Origin: Bugula neritina
Lineage: Eukaryota > Animalia > Bryozoa
Length of the DNA: 64,000 nucleotides
Direction of reading: 5' to 3'
Assembly: GCA_964035545.1 (NCBI GenBank)
Contig: OZ037770.1
Location: 6,520,729-6,584,728, forward strand
Shown here piece after piece: positions 1-64,000 of this stretch (the first letter of the stretch is position 1; the number at the start of each line of letters is the position of its first letter). A model generated the notes under the pieces. It was not told where the DNA came from. It worked only from the letters and a program-made list of their open reading frames with translations, and ran no database searches. The position numbers were made by a program, and so were the translations under genes.

Positions 1-930
1 CGCACTCAAAGTGGTGGATACCGTATGAGCTAAACTCGATATGCAAATTCAATTCTCTCAAAATTTAGCATGTCTACTGCAACAAAGCATCTATTTCTAC
101 CAATGTAAGCACCCTCTTACAAGCCTAAACTGACAAGGAGCACCAGAATTTTCTCTCCTCTGGATTCCTGTGCCGACAAGCAATTGGCAGTTTAATATAT
201 TTTGTCATAGCCACCAAAACATATATTGGCTGGATAGTTTTCAAGTTATCTCGGTTTCTTGATAAACCTGCACCATCTCATGTTGATGCAGTTAGGCATT
301 TATTTGGCATCTTCCAAGATAGCAAAAATTAGGTCTTTATATGCGAACCATACATCAATGGGACACTCTCGCTCTACACTGACTTCAGCTGGGCTGGTGA
401 TCTCACAGACCGTCATTCATAATCCGGTTACGTTGCTATCTTTGAATCAGCCCCAATCAGCCCTGCTATCTTTGAAGCAGAATAATGTCCCTCACTAATG
501 GTGTTAAAGAAGTTCTTTAGCTAGATCGTTTTCTCACATATATAAGACAAGAACTGAGCAATGTTACACCAATTTATTGCGGTAATTAGGGAGCCATTCC
601 TATCCCTCTAATAATGCTAGTTAACACAGCCGCCTGAAACGCGTTGATGCTAAATACCACTTTGTCAAAGATCAGATATAAGTTGTATATTTACATGTAT
701 CTACAACTGACAATCCTGGTGACAGTATGACTAAACCATTAGCATTTTGTAAACATGTCGACATGCTCCACTGCATATTGCAAATTGAAGTAGCCTGTTG
801 AATAACAATCTACAAATAGACTTTACAATCATTTTGTTCAAAAATCTAGAGTTGCCTTTACTTGCAATTGATTTTCACTGCATTATATTCATTTTTTTTA
901 TTATTCACTTTCTTTTCTGTAATTTTAACA
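1..930 (+). mobile_element. Decayed Ty1/Copia LTR retrotransposon 3' end (RT C-terminus/RNase H plus probable short 3' LTR 796-930)
   Basis: Broken-frame Copia motifs: RQAIGSLIY (~175-200), YTDFSWAGDLTDRHS (~375-420), RLKRVDAKYHFVKDQI, HVSTTDNPGDSMTKPL (~630-740); followed by TGTTGAA...TTTAACA termini. Confidence 0.8.
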
Positions 931-1844
931 TGGTGGTTAGAATAAAACAATATATTACTTCTACGCATAAATAATCATATTCTGATTTCATAGTATTACA
1001 TAATCTAAACTACATAATCACAGGAGAGTATTTATTATTCATCTTTTATTAATAGGTTTGCCAAGCTCCAGTCAGTGTTGACAATGCATGGCATCCTTAA
1101 TGCTAGTGTCTTGCTTGTCTAGCCATAAGACTTTTAGCGTTGTTAGCTGAGCTATTATTAATTACACGCAAATTACCAGAAAATAGTAAATAAAATTACC
1201 TTAAAGTTCAAATACTTCATTGTTGGCAGACTACCAACATTCAGAATCATGCAACCAACTCATGTCACAAAAAAGTCAATGCTACAACTCTATACAAAAT
1301 TTATTTTGATATTCATCATCAGTGTTTTTTTTTTTAGAATAATGTATAAAATCTATCTTGCTCATGTTACCTAATTTAGCAGACACCTGAAATCTCTAGT
1401 TTTGGCTGTTATTATCATAGATTTTATCTGAATTACAGTTTAAAAACGTCTATGTAATGTTATGGTGTTCCAAAAATCAAACAAAAAGCAGTTTTATGTG
1501 GATGCTATGCAATTTATTTGATTTTATTGGTATTTGTAGTAAAAAAGAAAACAAAAAAAAAGAATGCAATTTAACAAAATATTTACTAGCGGTGTTGACT
1601 ATATTTATTAGTAATACAATTGAAAGTGCATACAAGTAAATATTTTATTTATTAACATTAGGAACAAAAGTGACTATATCTGAACTTAAGCAACAGAAAA
1701 TTATTTCTACAATTGAACTAAAAATTTTTCTCAGCATCTGCCAGTGCTATTAATAGTGTTAAGTAAATATAACAACTGGTAGGTATAAACAGGATCATAT
1801 AGTAATCGTCACATAGACTTGGTGGCGCACCATATGTATTACCA

Positions 1845-40510
<38,666 letters not shown>

Positions 40511-40991
40511 GGTTTTAACACAAATAAATGAGTGATGTTGTTGAGTAGAATTTTTATCAACTGTGTTAATTGTAAATAGCATATAGAAAAGATTTTTGAA
40601 ATTTTTCAAAAATTAACAAAGGATTATAAATTGACTTCTGGATTGTTGAACCTACCTTATCTGTACTATGTTTTTTCCCTGAAATTCAAACAAAGTTATT
40701 CTTTACTTTTTATAATGTAGATGTTAATACTAAATTTTTCTTTTCATATTGAGACATGCAGGAAACTTGCAGATCAATTTTTAATAAGTTTTTTGACAAC
40801 AAAATTTTTCAGCCATCACATATTGATATGACAAATAAATGTTTGTTTTAAGTATTGAAACAAAACGTGCCTTACATGATCAATGTTATCTCAGCTGATT
40901 TATATATAGAATGCTGTGACCAGTTTAAATCTATTTAGCACCGCATAACATCAGACACGTGAGCTGCTATTTTGTTAAAAAAATATCAATG

Positions 40992-41195
40992 AAATTACTT
41001 TGAAGTTAAAGTATACCTCATTGTTGGCCTATTAATCACAAATTCAGACTGATTTAACAAACTCATGTATAAACAACAAAGCCCATGCTACAAATCTATA
41101 CAAGATGAATTCTGATAGTTACCCTGAGTGCTTTGTTTTTCAATATATAGTCCACCAAATGCTGTTTCTCCAGAATAATGAATGAAATCTATATG
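40992..41195 (-). promoter_or_regulatory. Duplicated non-coding block ~0.5 kb upstream of gene A ATG (putative promoter/5' UTR region)
   Basis: Aligns with 1192-1360 (aaattac..aagtt..cattgttggc..aactcatgt..atgctacaa..ctatacaa..agaataatg..aaatctat). Function inferred from position only. Confidence 0.45.
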
Positions 41196-42235
41196 ATATC
41201 GTTCTAATTTCATATTTAAAAGCTATATTATTTATTTCAAATTTATATGGAATTAGTGTGTAGTGTGAAGGTCCGTTTAAAACATCTAGCACGTGTCTGA
41301 AAATATTTAGATGTGTTTCTCTGACAGAACTAGAAAAAAGATGTCCTTTCGTAATATAATATAGTCGTTTTTTAGTTGTGTGAATTATAAGAGAACTTTA
41401 TTATTGAACTCCGGTTTATAAGTAAAGCATCTGCATTTATAATAAATTAAGAAATGAATTTAGAAAACTTCTTTGCATTCCACACTGTGCATGAATCATG
41501 TGAAACTAGAACTATTACAATGTGTATCTAATGATTAAGTATAGGAACAAGTCATGCTCAATAATTAATAGATTGCCATAGACTAGTAACACCACAGACA
41601 ATGAGTGTGTCAACTGCTGGCTGTGCATCGGCACCATTTTTATGTTGTTTAACAAAATATTGCATAATTATATACTGAAGCGCTGGATAAACAACAAAAG
41701 AGTTTAATACCACATTCAGCTCTAAAATCATTTATCATCTACATCCGTTACATGTTAAAGATATTGCTAAATTACCACTTGTATTATATACTACTATGAC
41801 AACTACATTCACTATGCTACCATCAGGACTGATATTGCTGCTATTGATAAAGAGGATTAACATTGACATATAAATTTGCTTTTCTGATAGTCAGAGTAAA
41901 TCTAAAAATATCTGTTATACTGATACTGGCACTAAAATTTTAATAACATGCCATAAACAAACATGAAATATAAAAACACTTTTTTCTATAAACTCAATTT
42001 TTTGTCACTGTGATAATTAAATACTTTTTTCTTTTACAGCAACTTGTAAATACGAATGAAATCACTTTAAAAAATGCTTTATTGTCTAAAGTAATTTTTT
42101 TTTTGTTTTGTAACCTATGTTGAATCAAAAAAATTATTCTGAAATATCACTGATAAACTATATGACTTCACAACATTCATGACACATACAGTACCTAATG
42201 CGCAAACCATGTAAATAATGGCCTATGGGCCAATA

Positions 42236-42433
42236 ACTCATCAAGGTTTATAGTCACCATCCCTGTGAGTAAACCTCTGATAAAAAGTTTGTTTTTTCAA
42301 TTGAGCCAAGATTCTTTTAAGATGAGGCACAAGAGCAATTAGTACTGGATCATTTCCCTAACATTACCAATGGCCTTTTCCATGACTTCGTGTTCACTAA
42401 GCAAGCACTCTAACCGGAGGTCACGGCTGCCCC
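42236..42433 (-). mobile_element. tRNA-derived SINE, copy 3 (more diverged)
   Basis: Homologous to 6302-6515, with a deletion in the B-box region. Confidence 0.8.
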
Positions 42434-43378
42434 TTGAATACCAGCTTATATGGCTCATAAATTATACTTCTCTTGTACTATCCGAAGTCTGTGACTCCTA
42501 GATTATAATTGATATTCGGTTGCAATTATGCGTAATTAATAACTGTACATTCACGTGTATTTATGTATGTTTTCTTTCTTGGGTTTCTAACTAGTGTGTT
42601 TGTACAATGATATTATTTTAGATGATTTAAAATCAATTTATAGAAAAAGTGTTACCAAATCAGCTCAAAAACTATAATTTTAAAGACAAAAATTTTAAAA
42701 GGATTTGTTTGAAGTAAACTTCATTATGCTGTAAGAAAATACAATTAAACCATGTAGGTTGCTGCCTTTTCATACCAATAAAAAATAATTTAAATATAAT
42801 AATCTTTTATTCATTAAATTATTTAAAAAAGTATAAATCAAACTGGTAAGTGTTATAAGTAATGGCAACAACGAAAATCAATATGCAGCTTGTAACACTA
42901 GGTTTTATAAGTTTATAATTAAACTGAAAGCACAAACATATGTTTACACGTTCTAAAAGTATGTACTTATGGTGCGCCAGCATCAAGACAAGACTCTTAC
43001 GCGATAACGCTGTAGAATGCTATTGAATTGTAATGGTGTTTATATGGTTGAGAAACACGCATCAAAAGGTAAAGGCAGCTCAAAAAAATATTTGCTAGTG
43101 ATTTTATATTTACTGGATTTGCTATATTACCGGTATACATCTAAAATCAAAAAATCTAAAACACAAAATGTGCGTTGTTCAACAGAGAAAATAATTTAAG
43201 ATGTTGAAAACAAAAAATTTCCTATGTTTATAAGCTAAGCAATAAGAAATCAAAAAGACTTATAGGCAAAAGAATTGACTATCAATTTAGCTAGAGGCAA
43301 GGCTAGTGTGATGCTTATAACACTATAAAAGATTTTGCTGCAAATATAATGTTTACCTTTACCAGGTGCGACTATTAC

Positions 43379-43403
43379 CTGCTGTCGATATCTTTGAGCC
43401 AAT
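43379..43403 (-). CDS. Candidate alternative 25-nt microexon of gene B (LAQRYRQQ)
   Basis: ttttcag|...cagcag|gtaata; phase-2 entry compatible with TM exon; conserved at 63275-63299. Confidence 0.4.
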
Positions 43404-43545
43404 CTGAAAAGCAGTGATTTATACAAGTGAGCTCAGTTTTGAAACATAACCTGCAATTGACAATGTTAAGTAGATATGTGATGACTTGCAGGTAGAACCA
43501 CTAGTATAGTATTCATCACATAGAATCGGTAGTGCATCATCTGTA

Positions 43546-61371
<17,826 letters not shown>

Positions 61372-63274
61372 AATTTATACACATACACATAAAGAATGTG
61401 ACTTGATGCAAAGTTCAATCAACTATATTGCAAGTCGAAAAAACAGAGAATTTTTATGATTGTTCAAAGCTTCGATAGAGTTTTGATTGTTACAGCAATA
61501 TTTATTTATGCTCTGCTATTTTCTAGTGAAATATATATATTATTACTCCAATAATTTAAGGATATTCAAATTTATAAACAATTATATTAAAGCAGGTATT
61601 TTGCTAATAAATTGCTTAATATAAGTTTCATTTCTTTTTCATCCTCAAAGCACAACCTGCTTTAAATGATTGATACTTTATTAGTAAAACATTGACGCTG
61701 CAACCAGTTTCAACTTATCCCGCAATTCGAAACCAAAAAAATTATCTGCCATTGCACATGAAAGATAGTGGAATTACCAAGATATTCTTGAAATTTTAAA
61801 AATCCATATTGATTAGATATCTATATTTGCACTCATGTAAAGAACCTATTTAAATTACTGGTATTTAATGCTACACCTCTATACATGTTTGTCCTAATAA
61901 CGGTAGGTGTCCTTAGGACGTTATTAGCTTGTGAAGTATGGTTAAATTTTTTTTTCTATTTTAATTTTTATACCTGTTCTATTTTTAATGTTTTTATTGA
62001 AAAACCTATGTATTTCAATTACTGTGTTTAAAGCTCTGATTAGCACCGTTTAGCTCTGAGATTATTTATCAACATGTTTCACAAGCTACTACCACATTTC
62101 TACCATTATTACATAAAAATGCATAAATTATGAAAGCAAGTATGTTATGGAATTGCAATGACTATTTTTTTTTACTAAAACTTGTGAATGCAAATACAAT
62201 TATTTTTAAAACTGTCTTTTTACTGTGTAAAATAGGTTTCATACTTTGCAAAATATAACTTTGAACTATTATTCGTAAAATATGACTAATTCTTTGTGAC
62301 TCATAGCTTGTAACTTTAACTTATGTGTGACTTATAATCTATTCTCTTTCTAATGACTTAAAACCTATGACTACTGTATGAACAAGATAAAAATGCGGTG
62401 TCTGTTAATGTTTGTGCCACTGTATAATATCACAATAGATACAGTACATCTGTTTTACTGGCTTTTGACTAGTGCGAAAGGTTATACAGTGGTAATATGA
62501 TAGACAACTGAGGAGCAATTGAGAAAAAGGTCATGGGTTTTTTAAATGATAGTTCACAATCAGAAATTAGAAAACAGTTGCATGTAGCTCATCAATAAGT
62601 TGTGCTGGGGCAAAGAAATACAAAAACATGTTATTAGATTGTTTTATTTGCAAAATGAACAAAACTAAATTAGGTTACAAAGACTATTTATTTATTGATA
62701 TATTTATAACAGTATGAATTTACTTGTGAATTATGAAAGTCAATGCGCAGAACAAAAGTTAATAGATATCAATATGTATATAATTTAAAAATCATGTTGT
62801 AAAAGCTCATTCAAATTACGAGTATGAAAAATGTGTCTTATATATGGTAAGTGTATGCATAGAATGCCTATAATAAAATGTTATGTCAATGTTGTGCAAC
62901 CCTGTATAAGTTGGTTTGTTTTTAAAGTGAATGAGATTAATCAAAATATAATTGCTATGCTACCCAATAACATATTTGCTAAGGCTGCTTTTCGTTTTTA
63001 CTAGTAATTACATTAATGCAGCATATATGTGAAGACTGCAAACACTATAAAGTAACACAGAGGTTATGCAAAGGAAAGATCGTCTTTTATAATTTCACAG
63101 CACAGGTAATTTAAATGTGGGAAATGAAAACACCGATGCAGCGCAGTGCCAATGAGAACTGGTAAGAACAAGGTGATGATAAAAAAACAAAAATTGCTAC
63201 AAAATATTGTATGTTTGTTTGAAAGACAAACATGTGCGAATGGCAGTAATGCTGTGAATGTGTGTGACTATTAC

Positions 63275-63299
63275 CTGCTGCCGATATCTGTGAACCAAT
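63275..63299 (-). CDS. Candidate alternative 25-nt microexon of gene C (LVHRYRQQ)
   Basis: ttttcag|...cagcag|gtaata; homolog of 43379-43403. Confidence 0.4.
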
Positions 63300-63375
63300 C
63301 TGAAAAGAAGTTATTTATACAAGTGAGCTCAGTTTTGAAACAGAACTTGCTATTAACACTGTTAAATAGATATGA

Positions 63376-63522
63376 TTATTGGCAGGTATAAACATTAGTA
63401 TAGTATTTATCACAGAGACTTGGTGGTGCATCTTCTGTATAAGTAGTACTGTACTATTGAGTTTGCTTGTCAAAATGGAGTTATAGAGAAGGAACAGCAA
63501 ATTTAGGGTGGTTAGAACTTGA
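63376..63522 (-). pseudogene. Second, disabled B-type copy of the tail-coding sequence downstream of gene C stop
   Basis: Reads ...KFAVPSL* then, shifted, YSTTYTEDAPPSLCDKYYTNVYTCQ*; contains stops and indels. Confidence 0.75.
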
Positions 63523-63532
63523 TATATATAAT

Positions 63533-63740
63533 TTACTGGTAGGTATAAACATCAGAATAGTATTTATCACTTGAACTTGGTGATGCTTTTTCTTTATCAT
63601 TACTATAATACTGGGAATGACCAGCAGAAGGTAAAGGATGGGCAAGAACTTTGTTATTCTGAAAACTTGCTTGTTTGCTAGCTTCATCCCGCTGTAACTT
63701 TGCCAATTTCTTAGCAACTCTTTTCCTTTGCTTTTTTTTT
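63533..63740 (-). CDS. Gene C (third paralog, partial): cytoplasmic-tail exon with intact Tyr-rich end
   Basis: attttag acceptor, phase 2: KKKQRKRVAKKLAKLQRDEASKQASFQNNKVLAHPLPSAGHSQYYSNDKEKASPSSSDKYYSDVYTYQ*; rest of gene lies beyond 64000. Confidence 0.8.
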
Positions 63741-64000
63741 CTAAAATAATTGCAATCAATGTTTTATTATTGATTTTATTTCAAAGGACTACAATTTACA
63801 AAAGTGACAGAAACTTACTGTGTGGGTTGGTCAGCATAATGATACACTATTTAGATGCAGTATTAGAAATATTTCAGTGCAATTAAATATCTTCAAAAGT
63901 TTTTTACAAAATTAGGATACAGATAATTTTATTTTTCAATTTTTTATTGTCACACCCTAGACTAATTGAAATTGCAATATCTTAGCACTGTCAATCTAAA

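Overview
AT-rich, intron- and transposon-rich animal (invertebrate-type) genomic DNA; the species cannot be identified from sequence alone. The supplied ORF track misses the main content because it is spliced. By aligning repeated blocks by eye and checking GT/AG sites and intron phases, I reconstructed a minus-strand tandem gene family: two complete 15-exon paralogs (gene A 40510->1845, about 756 aa; gene B 61371->43546, about 764 aa), the last coding exon of a third (gene C, 63740->63533), and an upstream-type non-coding block suggesting a fourth copy left of the window. Each encodes a predicted type-I membrane protein: signal peptide, about five FN3-like domains, an F-type-lectin (fucolectin/F5-8C-like) domain that appears inserted inside the second FN3 domain, a TM helix and a cytoplasmic tail. 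The lectin lacks the canonical fucose and Ca motifs and varies between paralogs mainly in predicted binding loops. The N-terminal domain is the most divergent of the exons I aligned. Only gene C keeps the Tyr-rich tail end; A and B lose it through different frameshifts, and C's 3' end is a chimera carrying a B-type tail. This pattern suggests a candidate innate-immune or allorecognition receptor cluster (inference). Introns hold nested decayed TEs (RTE, three Gypsy, a CR1-like LINE, hAT, three copies of a CAC..GTG MITE with 2-bp TSDs, tRNA-SINEs) and long (TA)n tracts; a Copia remnant lies at the left edge. No CRISPR, rRNA or convincing tRNA genes.
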